Below are positions 9,618 to 19,957 of a stretch of DNA of 35,963 nucleotides, piece by piece; the stretch's first letter is position 1; every line of letters begins with the position of its first letter. Position numbers and translations under genes: made by a program. The stretch is from UHGV virus genome UHGV-0041739; one strand, written 5' to 3'. The notes below the pieces were generated by a model. The model saw only the letters and a list, made by a program, of their open reading frames with translations. It was not told the DNA's origin and did not search any database. The stretch comes from a virus.

Positions 9618-11097
9618 TAATCACCTCAATACTGACACCACCGGGAACAAATAACGGGTTGCTGATACCGTTCCTGCGGGCCAGCCGTTGCCAGTTCCGG
9701 CTGTTTCCGGTGAACCGGTACAGTGCAACCATTGCCGGGAGCGTTTCTGGCAGGTGGTGTGATTCACTACCCGCCAGTTGCAGCCCGCGTTTTTCCAGGT
9801 CGGCAACAACCAGCAGACGCAGTTGCGTAAGCTGAACACTGTCTGTCGAAAAACCCTGCTCAGATGCCGTCAGAATGACGCTATCCAGCGCCGCCCCTAG
9901 CATGGCAGTTGTTTTTTCGATATCGGACACGCTTTCAAATACCGGGGGCGTGGCTGTGCTACTGTCTGAAAAGGATACTGGTGAAAAGCCGCCGTCCGGG
10001 GTTATCCCGGTTAACTGCAACTGGCTTTGTGTGACCGTGGACGATGTGCTGCTGGCACCACTGGCGATGCCGGTTGTTGTGACTGATACATCCAGCGCCG
10101 GTGCGCGGGCGGCATTATCCATCTGACGGCTGGAATCCAGTGCCGCAGTCAGTGCCTGGCTTGCTGCCTCCGCCCGGTATGTCTGTGCTGCTGCCAGCAT
10201 GACGTAGTTCAGTGTGGCAATATTTTTTTCTGCAACCGGGCTGCTGTATGAAGTGGTAATGGCACCTTGTCTGTCAGTGGTGGAGGCATGTCGGCTTTCG
10301 AACCGCTGCGCCAGACGGTTCCAGGTGGAAAATGCTGTTCGGGTATCGCATAACGATGAAACGCCGGATAACGCCCCCATCAGTGAAGATGTCAGCATGG
10401 CTGGTTTATTTATCAGGCCGGTCACAGAACCTTTCATTGCAGAAAGTAACCCCATCAGGCCGCTGACAGTCTGGGTGATCCCCAGATTATCCACCGCATC
10501 ACAGATATCATCGATGACACCGGTGACGGCATCCATTACGGCTGTTGCCGCCGCTGTGCCATCTTTTACGGTCTGCCAGACAGAGGACAACGTATCCCCC
10601 AGCGAACCGGTTACAGCAACGGCCTGCGCAGATACGGCTGTACTGGTGTCTGTTTCTGCGTCCGGGGCTGTATCCTGCAACGACGGATAAACGGTAACGG
10701 TGAACGCGTAATAATTCAGTTCATCCGCTTTAGTACGGCATTCCCATGAATCCACCATGACGTCCACAGTGCCGAACTCTGGATGCACCAGTTCGCCGCT
10801 GCCCGGTGCATCAAGAGCATCCATCAGCGCACCCGCTTCATCTCTGGCAGTCTCTGCGTTGCTGTTCAGAATGCAGATGCTGAATGTGCGGGAGCGAAGT
10901 TTTTTCCCCAGGTCATTGACACCGCCGGTATCACGTAACGGGTACTCGCGTTTAACCAGACGACGTCCGCCAGCCTGTTTTTGCTCCTCAATGACGAGAA
11001 ACGGCACGTTACGGAACGTGCCTTTGCCGGTTGTTTTCTTACCACCGCCGATTTTATCCCGGACAGAATTAACGGCATTTAAAGCATCTTCAAACAT
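9610..11097 (-). CDS. N: DNA circularization protein N-like (Mu gp43)
   Basis: 495 aa between tape measure and baseplate genes. Confidence 0.7.
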   Translation of the reverse strand: MFEDALNAVNSVRDKIGGGKKTTGKGTFRNVPFLVIEEQKQAGGRRLVKREYPLRDTGGVNDLGKKLRSRTFSICILNSNAETARDEAGALMDALDAPGSGELVHPEFGTVDVMVDSWECRTKADELNYYAFTVTVYPSLQDTAPDAETDTSTAVSAQAVAVTGSLGDTLSSVWQTVKDGTAAATAVMDAVTGVIDDICDAVDNLGITQTVSGLMGLLSAMKGSVTGLINKPAMLTSSLMGALSGVSSLCDTRTAFSTWNRLAQRFESRHASTTDRQGAITTSYSSPVAEKNIATLNYVMLAAAQTYRAEAASQALTAALDSSRQMDNAARAPALDVSVTTTGIASGASSTSSTVTQSQLQLTGITPDGGFSPVSFSDSSTATPPVFESVSDIEKTTAMLGAALDSVILTASEQGFSTDSVQLTQLRLLVVADLEKRGLQLAGSESHHLPETLPAMVALYRFTGNSRNWQRLARRNGISNPLFVPGGVSIEVINE

Positions 11098-11101
11098 GGT
11101 T

Positions 11102-13213
11102 TTACCAGCCTGTAATGTAGTTATCGCCCGCGTAAATATTCAGCCCCATACCATCCTCGGTGACGCGGGAACTGGTCAGACGTAATCCTTCGCCAAGCTC
11201 GACGCGCAGCGATGCTTCCGCATTCACTTTTTGCTCCTGCGGTTCCCTTTCCGGGGCCGTCCATTTCTGATACAGGTCAGTCACAAAACCGCCCAGATAT
11301 TCCCCCGCGACACTGCCCAGCGTGGCACCGGCAACCGTGCCCAGCGGTCCGGCAAGGCTGCCAACGGCACCGCCGAGCCAGGCGCCGGCAGTGCTGCCAA
11401 TTGCTCCGGCTTTCTCATGAGTTGATGCCTGTTCATCCATCAGAACGGGAGCAAGCTGGAGCGCCCCCATCACCGGACCGCCAAGACGTGACAGTGCACG
11501 ACCCGCGCCTTTCCCCATCCAGCCCAGCGCCCCGGCCCCTTTTGTCACAACCCGACCCATGGCACTGTCTGCGAGTTTGTTTCCGATACCGGAAAACAAC
11601 CCTCCAACGGTACGACCGGCACCAGCCAGCTTTCCGATTGTTCCCGTAACCAGTTGTCCGGCAGCACTGCCTGCAAGCCTGCTCAACAGACCGGATTTGC
11701 CGGGCAAAGGTAACGATGCGTGCCGTGTGGCCCCCAGCGCACCGGGAGATGGCAATGCCAGTACCGGAGACGGTGCAGGTAATGCCAGTGGTTTCGGTGC
11801 TGGTAATGCGGGAACAGTGCGTGGGGCCGGAAGTGCCAGCGGTTGTGGCCCGGACAGCAATAACGGCTGGCGGGGCAATGCTGCCGGTGTTTTACCTCCG
11901 TATCGGGAAAATCCGCCATATCCACCGAACCCGTTGGGCCAGTTAGTCACAAAAACGCGCTGAACTGTCAGTTCCCGCAGTAGTTCTGTAGCAGGTAGCG
12001 CATCCGGTGCCGGAATGCCTGTCTGCCCATGTTTGCGTTTTCGCATCCAGCGCCACATACGACGCCCGGTTTTGAACGGATAGCTGGCAACCTGCCATGA
12101 TGGCTTCGCCACGGCCCAGCCCGCCCTCAGTGCTTTATTGGCAAGCCAGACAGACACCAGAACAGCAGCCAGTTTTTTCAGGCTGACAATATTCTGGTCA
12201 ACCCATGCCAGCGCATCTTTACCCGGTTTCAGCCAGCGCCATAACTCCTGTGCCGCAGCTTTCAGGGTTCTGAATGTGGTCAGGAATTTCTGACCAATTT
12301 CATCAGCCCGTTTATCAAGCTCCCCGGATTTATCCGCCGCATCGTGCCAGTTAAGCACCCGGCGCATCTCATTCTTGATTTCTTCAAAAGGGCCGCTGTT
12401 CATCACCCTGACGGCAAACTCGTTCCAGTTAGCCTCCATCTGTGCCGTCATCCCTGACCACGAGTTCATGGCTGCGGCCTGTGCGCCTTTTGATTGTTCT
12501 GACAGCGCCCTGAATACCATCAGGATCGACTTCAGCCCCAGTTTGCCTTTTTCCCCTTGCTTTCGGATTTCCTTAACGTCTTTACCCAGCGCATCAGCCA
12601 GTGTCTGGTAAACGTTGATACCGTAGCCGGTCAGCAGGTTGGCATCTGCCGCTGTGATTTGCTGGCGGGCGAACATCTGTTTCAGTTGCAGCGAGGCCCC
12701 CTGCGCAGCAGATAAATCCCAACCGTGTAATGCCCCCTGATCCTGCAACATGGTGATGAACTGCTTCGTCTGTTCATCCGTCATGCCAAAGCCTTTCGAC
12801 GAGCGAATTTCATCCAGAACGCCGCCCAGCCCCCACGTGGTATCCTTCGCGTTCTGCTTCGCCCAGGCCATCATTGCCTGCGCTCTGGCCTTATCGCCGT
12901 GATACAGCGAGTTCATGGCGATAATCTGCTGCTCACGTTGAGCTGCTGCGCTGATAAACAGTTTATTGGCGGTGTAACCCACCCCGGCAACACCCAGCGC
13001 CCCGGCTGACAGCATTCGGAATGTACGGGTTGAGAGGGAACCCATTCTGTCAATGGCACCAGACACGCGCACCACTTCCATACGCAGGGCACGCAGGGAA
13101 CTTTGCCCACTACGGGACAGGGCGTTTATCTGGTTCGAATACTGGCGGGAACGCCGGGAAAGATTGCCATTAAGGTCAATAATGACTGACGCTTTTAAGC
13201 GTTTCCCGGTCAT
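11102..13213 (-). CDS. Tail tape measure protein
   Basis: 703 aa, Ala/Gly-rich with Pro-rich repeat block ([24 protein letters not shown]); downstream of the tail tube/chaperone genes. Confidence 0.85.
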   Translation of the reverse strand: MTGKRLKASVIIDLNGNLSRRSRQYSNQINALSRSGQSSLRALRMEVVRVSGAIDRMGSLSTRTFRMLSAGALGVAGVGYTANKLFISAAAQREQQIIAMNSLYHGDKARAQAMMAWAKQNAKDTTWGLGGVLDEIRSSKGFGMTDEQTKQFITMLQDQGALHGWDLSAAQGASLQLKQMFARQQITAADANLLTGYGINVYQTLADALGKDVKEIRKQGEKGKLGLKSILMVFRALSEQSKGAQAAAMNSWSGMTAQMEANWNEFAVRVMNSGPFEEIKNEMRRVLNWHDAADKSGELDKRADEIGQKFLTTFRTLKAAAQELWRWLKPGKDALAWVDQNIVSLKKLAAVLVSVWLANKALRAGWAVAKPSWQVASYPFKTGRRMWRWMRKRKHGQTGIPAPDALPATELLRELTVQRVFVTNWPNGFGGYGGFSRYGGKTPAALPRQPLLLSGPQPLALPAPRTVPALPAPKPLALPAPSPVLALPSPGALGATRHASLPLPGKSGLLSRLAGSAAGQLVTGTIGKLAGAGRTVGGLFSGIGNKLADSAMGRVVTKGAGALGWMGKGAGRALSRLGGPVMGALQLAPVLMDEQASTHEKAGAIGSTAGAWLGGAVGSLAGPLGTVAGATLGSVAGEYLGGFVTDLYQKWTAPEREPQEQKVNAEASLRVELGEGLRLTSSRVTEDGMGLNIYAGDNYITGW

Positions 13214-13357
13214 AGATATTTCCTGATTTAACGGTGATATTGAGAGAGGGTTTTAGCCTGCTGGCAGTGCCGGAAAAAGCGGGACAGCGGGAGAGACAAG
13301 GCCCATTCCGGGCCACTTTTCAGAATAACGCCAATCGCTGTCGCCGCTTTCTCAATA

Positions 13358-13792
13358 TCATTCCGGCACCGCAGCCACTCGCCCCCGTTCTTGCGTCAGC
13401 GATGCCGCCACAGCCATGTCGTGCATCTCTGTAGCCAGCGACAGACGCTGGAAGTCATCAACAGACAGCTTGCGCATCAGCGCCAGCGATAACGGGCCTT
13501 TGATGCAACCCACGCTGGCAATCTGTCGGCGCAGCATTTCCAGTCCCATCCGGGACGGGGAACTGACCAGCACCGGACCTTCCTTGCTCATTACCAGCTT
13601 TTCAGCAGCCGCCTGGGCATCAATCAGATCGCCAGCGGTCAGTTCACGCAGTGTCACGTCATACTGCATTTCAGTCTCGTCACCGGTGCCGAACGGCAGG
13701 CCGTCTTTCAGTTTCAGCCCACCGGACTGAAGCTCCGCCACAATACTGTCACGCAGTTCCTGTGCTTCAGGACTTAAATTCATTTCGTCCAT
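13358..13792 (-). CDS. Tail assembly chaperone-like protein (Mu gp41-like)
   Basis: 144 aa, acidic, between tube and tape measure genes. Confidence 0.55.
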   Translation of the reverse strand: MDEMNLSPEAQELRDSIVAELQSGGLKLKDGLPFGTGDETEMQYDVTLRELTAGDLIDAQAAAEKLVMSKEGPVLVSSPSRMGLEMLRRQIASVGCIKGPLSLALMRKLSVDDFQRLSLATEMHDMAVAASLTQERGRVAAVPE

Positions 13793-13801
13793 TGTTTCCC
13801 C

Positions 13802-14158
13802 TTATGCAATGCGTTTGCTTTGTTTTGCCATCAGTACCAGCGAAATTTCGCCGCCGTCGTTTTTCGGTTCATCTGCCTGCCAGGCATTCGCCATCATCCA
13901 GGTTTCCCCGGTATCTGCCTGAAACTCTGCCGTGATATTTTCCCAGCCGATGATTTCATCCAGACCGATATCACCACCGCCCGGAATTTTGCATTCCAGC
14001 TTTGCGGCGCGGGGTTTACCTTTCCAGCCATAAACCCGCGAGCCGGTCACTTCTTCACGGGTGATGCCGGAAGGTGTGAAGGAGGCACCTTCCATCGTTT
14101 CAAGCTCCATGCCATTGACACGGATGAACGCCACCCCCTGACGCTGATTTCCAGCCAT
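13802..14158 (-). CDS. M: Tail tube protein (Mu M-like)
   Basis: 118 aa immediately downstream of the sheath gene. Confidence 0.75.
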   Translation of the reverse strand: MAGNQRQGVAFIRVNGMELETMEGASFTPSGITREEVTGSRVYGWKGKPRAAKLECKIPGGGDIGLDEIIGWENITAEFQADTGETWMMANAWQADEPKNDGGEISLVLMAKQSKRIA

Positions 14159-14167
14159 AAATGCTCC

Positions 14168-15655
14168 TTACAGAATGAACTGAACTTGTGCCGCGAAAAT
14201 GCGGAACTGGTTAATCAGATTCGGGCCGCACAACACATCAAGACGGTCTTTGTCGTCCTTGTTACGTGCCACATACAGCTCCTCTTTGAACGTGTCGAAA
14301 TCCTCGACCAGCCCGGCGTTTTCCCATTCTTCAAACAGTGCCAGCAGCTCTGTTTTGATCACGGATGGCGTCACCACTGCCTGACCAGTGGCAAAGCGGG
14401 TGCCATCACTTGCCAGTTTGTAGTTCGGGAATTTCTGCGTGATGCGGGTTCGCAGCGAATAACGCAGATAACTCAGCGTGGCGATGGTATTCACGTTCAG
14501 ATAAGACGGATCGCTGTCACCGTACTTGTTTGTGCGGTACATCGTGATCATGCGTTCAATCTGCATTTCACCACCATCATTCACGTTAAACGTGGAGATG
14601 CCGTCAAACAGCAGGGCATTACGTTCTGACCAGGTGAAACGATCACCCACCGCAGGCGGCATTCTTCCGGGCAGCGTCAGCGTCTGGAGTGGACGCGCCG
14701 GGTCGATGGAAAGCGCCTGACTGGCAACGGCACACAGGGTGGCGGCGTACAGATATGACGGTTCCGGTGCACCGGCAATCCCCATACAGGAGATCAGATG
14801 GTCGTTACGACTGACACCAAACGTGGAAATGTCCCCATACGTGCCGGACAACACCGTTACTGCAAAGCCATCAGCCTGATTGACCGGCCCCCAGCGTTCC
14901 TGCAATTCAGTGCGTAACAGATTCAGGTTTGGTTCATCGGTGTAAGGCATCACAATATATTTGTATTGCAGATCACCCATCCCCGCGATGCTGGCGCTGA
15001 TATCCGGGTTGCTGTTTTTCCCGGATGCGGCTTTGAATGCTGTGATAATCCCGTAAGGGGTGGTTTCACCCGCGTAATAGTTCCAGCGCACGTCCACGGC
15101 AGATAATGCCCCCGTAAATTTTGCACTCAGAACCACATCTGCATGGGTGTCATCACTACCGCTGTCTGCACGTACTTCTGCCGTCACCGGTAAATCCGGC
15201 TGGCCTTTGATTCGGGCAACCAGCAGGTCAGCCAGCGCCGCCCCTGTAGCACCTGCTGCGACAGATATCGCCAGTCGCTGACCGGCAATGTAAGTCACAA
15301 GCGAGCCGTTTTCGCCTGCCGTTCCAGACAGTGAGATTTCACCGACAGCAGCATTACCGGTGCCGTTCCCCTGCGGGATACACCACAGCTCCGCCACGCG
15401 GTTAGCGTTCAGGAATGCATCTGCCATCAGTGCCAGCATGGAACCCTGACCAAACGCCGCACTGGCCTGTGAGCCGGAACGGATACGGACAGGCACGTTT
15501 GGTGCCGCACTGGCTTTACTTCCGCTTTGCCCGAACATCAGCACGCGCTGACGGGGTGCCGGTGTTCCGCTGACGGCATTACTGTTATCAAATTCGATAT
15601 ACGTCAGGGGAACGCGAACATCTGACGGGATCGCGTTAAATGAAATATCGCTCAT
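14168..15655 (-). CDS. L: Contractile tail sheath protein (Mu L-like)
   Basis: 495 aa, position and size typical of a myovirus sheath. Confidence 0.85.
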   Translation of the reverse strand: MSDISFNAIPSDVRVPLTYIEFDNSNAVSGTPAPRQRVLMFGQSGSKASAAPNVPVRIRSGSQASAAFGQGSMLALMADAFLNANRVAELWCIPQGNGTGNAAVGEISLSGTAGENGSLVTYIAGQRLAISVAAGATGAALADLLVARIKGQPDLPVTAEVRADSGSDDTHADVVLSAKFTGALSAVDVRWNYYAGETTPYGIITAFKAASGKNSNPDISASIAGMGDLQYKYIVMPYTDEPNLNLLRTELQERWGPVNQADGFAVTVLSGTYGDISTFGVSRNDHLISCMGIAGAPEPSYLYAATLCAVASQALSIDPARPLQTLTLPGRMPPAVGDRFTWSERNALLFDGISTFNVNDGGEMQIERMITMYRTNKYGDSDPSYLNVNTIATLSYLRYSLRTRITQKFPNYKLASDGTRFATGQAVVTPSVIKTELLALFEEWENAGLVEDFDTFKEELYVARNKDDKDRLDVLCGPNLINQFRIFAAQVQFIL

Positions 15656-15858
15656 TTCGATTTACTCCGTTTTTTCGGCGCAGCGTCGGTATCATCCGCC
15701 GTGTTTTCGGTGCTCCCGACTTCAACCACATCACCGGCTGTAAGGCGACGTATCCAGAAACTGTTACGGGGCTTTTCTTCTCCCTCCGGAGCCAGTAATT
15801 TCATCGTGAGCGGGTCACGGATGGCTTTTCCCGCTGCGGGTTTAATTTTCAGCATCAT
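15652..15858 (-). CDS. Small virion-associated protein (Mu gp38-like)
   Basis: 68 aa, overlapping start/stop with flanking structural genes. Confidence 0.5.
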   Translation of the reverse strand: MMLKIKPAAGKAIRDPLTMKLLAPEGEEKPRNSFWIRRLTAGDVVEVGSTENTADDTDAAPKKRSKSK

Positions 15859-16390
15859 GATCCTTTTCCTGATTCACATTGATATGTGCGGCAAATTCCG
15901 GGGTTTCGTCCGGGAATTTCCAGGTCTGCCAGTGGCGCTCGTAATCATCCAGCGAGTCCATATCCACACCGGACGGTAACGGCGTGATGCCACTAAAATA
16001 GATACCGTACAATGCGACTCCTGAATTACTCTGGGCATCGGTATACAGGTTGCGGACGCTGGTCAGACGCAGGCCGGTTGTGGGGCCAAATGTATGTCCG
16101 TTCATTCCGGCAATCAGGCGCTCAACAATCTGGTAAATCCCCGGACGGTCGGTTTCCCGACCGTTCAGCATTTTTGCCACCACGTAAAACACCCAGCGGC
16201 TTTCCACTTCACGGCGGGTGCGGCCTTCACCGCAGCCCAGCCACGCCAGATAAACAGACGGCGGTGCAATCAGGATTTTTTTAATTGCGGCATCAGACCA
16301 GGTGCCGGGATGCGTTTTTACATCCCGCAGTGTTCGTCCGAACAACCCACGAACAGCATCGAGCAAAGCAGCTTCTGTGGTGGCAATCAT
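15842..16390 (-). CDS. Tail terminator/completion protein (Mu gp37-like)
   Basis: 182 aa in the head-tail joining block. Confidence 0.6.
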   Translation of the reverse strand: MIATTEAALLDAVRGLFGRTLRDVKTHPGTWSDAAIKKILIAPPSVYLAWLGCGEGRTRREVESRWVFYVVAKMLNGRETDRPGIYQIVERLIAGMNGHTFGPTTGLRLTSVRNLYTDAQSNSGVALYGIYFSGITPLPSGVDMDSLDDYERHWQTWKFPDETPEFAAHINVNQEKDHDAEN

Positions 16391-16812
16391 CAGATAAACC
16401 CCTTCTGGTTGCGGGAGAAAATGGCTGCGTCAGACTGCACCTCAACCAGATTTTCGCTGACCGGTTCAACACCATGCACATCTGCGCCAAGCGGTAATTT
16501 TCCGTCGAGAACCACCCCCAGCCACCTGATGGCGTCTTTGTAACGTTGTGTGCATTGCTCTGTTGCCTGTTCATCACACAGGTAATAAAAAGCAATATCG
16601 CAACAAACACGAACCAGCGTTACAGGAACCACTGACAATGGCAGCTGGTAACGGGGACTGATATAACCGTCGATAAGCGCGCTGGCATCCTGTAACGCCT
16701 GCGTAATCAGTGCATCATCTGGTTCAAAGTTGTCCGATTTATCAGCGGTCAGTTTGTCCAGATTGCTGCGCTGGTAACGCTTTACCATGTCGTCAAGAGA
16801 GGCATAGCTCAT
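16390..16812 (-). CDS. Head-tail connector protein (Mu gp36-like, DUF1320 type)
   Basis: 140 aa, position. Confidence 0.6.
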   Translation of the reverse strand: MSYASLDDMVKRYQRSNLDKLTADKSDNFEPDDALITQALQDASALIDGYISPRYQLPLSVVPVTLVRVCCDIAFYYLCDEQATEQCTQRYKDAIRWLGVVLDGKLPLGADVHGVEPVSENLVEVQSDAAIFSRNQKGFI

Positions 16813-17219
16813 GCTTGCGCCTCAGCCAGTGCTGCTTTGATTTGTGCCGCAGTGACGTTTTCCCCCAGCACCGCACTGACCGCTTTCACTTTGGGTTCCC
16901 CCCCTGCGGTAAAGTGTTCCGGGTTTGCCTGATCCAGACCGGCAACGGTCGCACGGATACGGGCGTTCAGATCGCCCACACCCAGAACGTCCAGCCCCCC
17001 AGCCTCAGCGAGCGTTTCTGCTGCCGTTGTCGATACAACAGACAACACGCTGTCGGCACGGATGATCGCCAGTTGTTCTTCGGTGACTTCCACTGTGTTT
17101 TCGCCACGCGTAAAGGCGATACCGGCGCGGCGGTAGACCGGGCGAAGACATTTAATAATCGCCGTGCAAGTGATGCGAGAAGTGTCCAGCCGTTGTGAAT
17201 TAAGCGAAGTGCCTGACAT
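16809..17219 (-). CDS. Head-associated protein (Mu gp35-like)
   Basis: 136 aa immediately downstream of the major capsid gene. Confidence 0.5.
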   Translation of the reverse strand: MSGTSLNSQRLDTSRITCTAIIKCLRPVYRRAGIAFTRGENTVEVTEEQLAIIRADSVLSVVSTTAAETLAEAGGLDVLGVGDLNARIRATVAGLDQANPEHFTAGGEPKVKAVSAVLGENVTAAQIKAALAEAQA

Positions 17220-17285
17220 AACACATGCTCCTCCTTTTCCTTTAAATCAGGTTAAAAGGCGGCCTGAACCGCCTTTTAACGACGG

Positions 17286-18203
17286 TTACAGGTAGTCAGC
17301 AACAACCAGTTGCAGCTTACCCTTCATCTCGTTAGAGACGGTGGTATTGCCATCCGCGAACAGCTCACGGTTAAGCAGTTGCTCTGCGGATTTTTCCAGT
17401 CCGACCGGTACAACGATATGCGTCGGCTTCAGGCCCAGCTTCTTACCGCCATCACCTTCAAAAGAACGCATCAGTTGCCAGCCCTTCCAGAGGTTATCCA
17501 GCGTCAGATCGCCTTTTACCGCGACAGCCATCTGCCAGAAGCCGTAACCGGCAGCACGGCGGGCGCTGGCACCAAACAGGAACTCGTTATCCATAAAAAC
17601 GTGGTCGTCATCGATACGGGTACGTGCGACCAGTTCCGGTTTGCGGCGCTCCTGGAAAATCAGCGGTTTGACTGCGCGGGAGCAGTCCAGCAGATAGAAT
17701 GGCAGACCGCTGAAGCTGTCCTGCTCAACGATGTTGGAGGTATTAACTGCGCTGCCCGTGCCGTCCACATTCGGATATACCGGATGCTCCTTGTCGAAGA
17801 AGTTCTGACCGTCATAGCAGGGCTGGGTAAAGCCATCTTTCAGAAGTTTAAAAATCAGCTCATCCGGCTGAACTGCCGCAGAACGGCCCATCTCCTGAAA
17901 AATCGGCGCATAAATACCCAGATTGTCATCCTCGAAGTCATCACGGGAAATACCCACGGTGCCTTCAAACGTTTTATTAGCGATGGAGTAGCCATGCGCT
18001 TCCATTTGCTGAATGGTTCGCTTACCCACCCATTCTTTCAGGGTCGGGAATTTACCCAGCCAGCCATAGGTATTGCTGCGGGTGGAGGAGTTCACCACCA
18101 TTGCAATTTTGCTGTACTGCGACGGGGCGTCTTCAAGACCGCCCTGAAAATCCTTACGCCAGGAGGTCATCAGAGCTTTAATGGATGCCGGGGTGACAAT
18201 CAT
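17286..18203 (-). CDS. T: Major capsid protein (Mu T-like)
   Basis: 305 aa downstream of the protease/scaffold gene. Confidence 0.85.
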   Translation of the reverse strand: MIVTPASIKALMTSWRKDFQGGLEDAPSQYSKIAMVVNSSTRSNTYGWLGKFPTLKEWVGKRTIQQMEAHGYSIANKTFEGTVGISRDDFEDDNLGIYAPIFQEMGRSAAVQPDELIFKLLKDGFTQPCYDGQNFFDKEHPVYPNVDGTGSAVNTSNIVEQDSFSGLPFYLLDCSRAVKPLIFQERRKPELVARTRIDDDHVFMDNEFLFGASARRAAGYGFWQMAVAVKGDLTLDNLWKGWQLMRSFEGDGGKKLGLKPTHIVVPVGLEKSAEQLLNRELFADGNTTVSNEMKGKLQLVVADYL

Positions 18204-19300
18204 TTTTCTTGTTCCTGTTTCATTTTCAGATACTCAGCCTCAGTAATGCCGAGCGCCTTCACTGCTGCTTTTTCATCAGCAGACAGCACCGCCACCGCCG
18301 GTTTTTCCTGCGACGGGTTTTGTACCGTTGTGGTCTGCATGGCAGATAACGCAGCGATGGGCTGTTTTTTCTCAAGCTGTGCCGACAGTGCCGCCACGCC
18401 AATCTGACCGCCAAGCTGTTCCAGATAGGCACGTTCGCTTTTGAAAATGCGGCCTTCCTGTTCCGCCTTGTCCAGAACGGCGCTCAGGCTGGCGGTGGCA
18501 CTTTGCGCGGTGGCCTGAGCCAGTTCATCAAGCACGGCGTTGTAGCTTTCCACCGGGACGTATTTCGTCAGGTCAACGGCGGCTTTCTGTGCCTTTTCCA
18601 GTTCGGCGGATAACGACGCCACTTTTCCGGCATCTGTTTCGAGTGCATCAAGCGCACTCAGGGCCGCGCTGGCCTGTTCATCAGTGATGTCTGCATTTTC
18701 GGGGACAGTTACCCCAAGACGCGCAAGCAGCTTGCGCAGCGTTTCATTCATGGGTTTGTTCTCCTGTTGAAGGATGTCGGGAAGGCCTGCCGCCAGTGCG
18801 GTCAGCTTTTTCATGCCGGTGGCACCGGGATCATTGGTCAGCGCAGCAAGGCGGATTTGCAGTACCGCACCAGTGGCGGTGTCATACGGAAAAACCGCAG
18901 AGAGATAACCAAATTCACCGTCATCGATGCGCTGCTGGGCTGCCGCTGTCCAGCGTGGGTGGATAAATAACCCTTCACCTTCACGCCACTGCATTTCATC
19001 GGCGTTAAACCAGCCAGCCGCGACCAGTTGTTCCGGGGGTAATCCTTTGTCCTTACGCAGCTGGTTATGCTCGTAATCAATCAGCACGTCCTGGTTAAGT
19101 GCGCGGATACCTTCAATCAGGCGTCCGGCAATTTCTCCGTCGATGAACCAGCCCTGACCGGTTGTTACATCAAACGGGCGACCGTCACGGGCACTGAAAT
19201 AACCGGCAGGCAATAGCTGGCACCAGCCGTCATCGTCAATGGACAGCGCACCCAGCGCAGCAATACCAATCGCGTGTTTTTTCATGTCCGGCCTGCTCAT
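18200..19300 (-). CDS. I: Head maturation protease / scaffold (Mu I-like; scaffold Z is nested in-frame in Mu)
   Basis: 366 aa with Ala/Glu-rich coiled-coil C-terminal half; likely true start at MKKH (~19285). Confidence 0.8.
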   Translation of the reverse strand: MSRPDMKKHAIGIAALGALSIDDDGWCQLLPAGYFSARDGRPFDVTTGQGWFIDGEIAGRLIEGIRALNQDVLIDYEHNQLRKDKGLPPEQLVAAGWFNADEMQWREGEGLFIHPRWTAAAQQRIDDGEFGYLSAVFPYDTATGAVLQIRLAALTNDPGATGMKKLTALAAGLPDILQQENKPMNETLRKLLARLGVTVPENADITDEQASAALSALDALETDAGKVASLSAELEKAQKAAVDLTKYVPVESYNAVLDELAQATAQSATASLSAVLDKAEQEGRIFKSERAYLEQLGGQIGVAALSAQLEKKQPIAALSAMQTTTVQNPSQEKPAVAVLSADEKAAVKALGITEAEYLKMKQEQEK

Positions 19301-19486
19301 CGTGATTTGTGAGTAGCCAGTGTGCGGGGAACGGGAGAAAAGGCGGGGTTATCCAGTTTTAGTAATTCTGCAGGAGAAAGATAAAGGGGAAGGGAAATGC
19401 ATGACGCTACCCCCTTCAAAACCCCTTCAAAAACGCCACAGAACCTTCAAAAATTCTTTATCGCGTGATTTTATCTCTGTATCTGG
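19301..19486 (-). promoter_or_regulatory. G-I intergenic region: expected site of late promoter PI and of the central strong gyrase site (SGS)
   Basis: 186 bp non-coding gap near the prophage centre; three direct CCTTCAAAA(A) repeats at ~19412-19460. In Mu the SGS and PI map between G and I. Confidence 0.55.
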
Positions 19487-19957
19487 TTACTGCGTCAGAG
19501 CGGCGCTTACGCGTTTTCTGATGGCATCATAAATTTCCTGCTCACCGCTCTTATCCAGCCCCATATAAGGACGTGCAGGAACACCTGCCGGACCGGGGGG
19601 CATATCAGGCTTACCGCCCCACTGATGAATAGCAGCGTAAACTTTTGGTGAGCCAATCAGGGCATAATCCGGGCCGTAAGCGGAAGTGATGCTGCGGGCC
19701 AGATCGCCATGCAGGGTAAGAATGCTACCCGGAATAAAACCATGCTCCTGACGCCATGCCAGCCACGGGTCACTCCATGACTCCCAGCTCTGGCCCGTGT
19801 CCGGGTCTGCCTGCCGTTCAAAAGCCTGTTCAGAAGACGACAGCAATGCCGCAGCCATCACACGTGGCACATATCCGTCATGCGTTACCGTTGCCAGATC
19901 ATCAAGAGCAAGCCGGATACGTCGCACATCCACGGCAACGTTCATATCAAGACTCAC
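19487..19957 (-). CDS. G: Virion morphogenesis protein (Mu G-like)
   Basis: 156 aa between F and the I intergenic region. Confidence 0.75.
   Translation of the reverse strand: MSLDMNVAVDVRRIRLALDDLATVTHDGYVPRVMAAALLSSSEQAFERQADPDTGQSWESWSDPWLAWRQEHGFIPGSILTLHGDLARSITSAYGPDYALIGSPKVYAAIHQWGGKPDMPPGPAGVPARPYMGLDKSGEQEIYDAIRKRVSAALTQ

Noticed and set aside
11560-11960. Repetitive Pro/Ala/Gly-rich DNA (GGTAATGCCAGT-like repeats), considered as a possible repeat element
   Set aside because: Falls inside the tape measure gene and encodes its ALPAP-type low-complexity linker; normal for tape measure proteins, not an independent repeat or CRISPR array.
13820-14629. 269-aa plus-strand ORF
   Set aside because: Antisense to the tail tube and sheath genes; composition not protein-like (Cys/His/Arg/Phe-rich); spurious open frame.
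17310-18407. 365-aa plus-strand ORF
   Set aside because: Lies entirely antisense to the major capsid and protease/scaffold genes; Arg/Cys/His-rich, low-complexity composition typical of antisense frames in GC-rich coding DNA; no RBS context.
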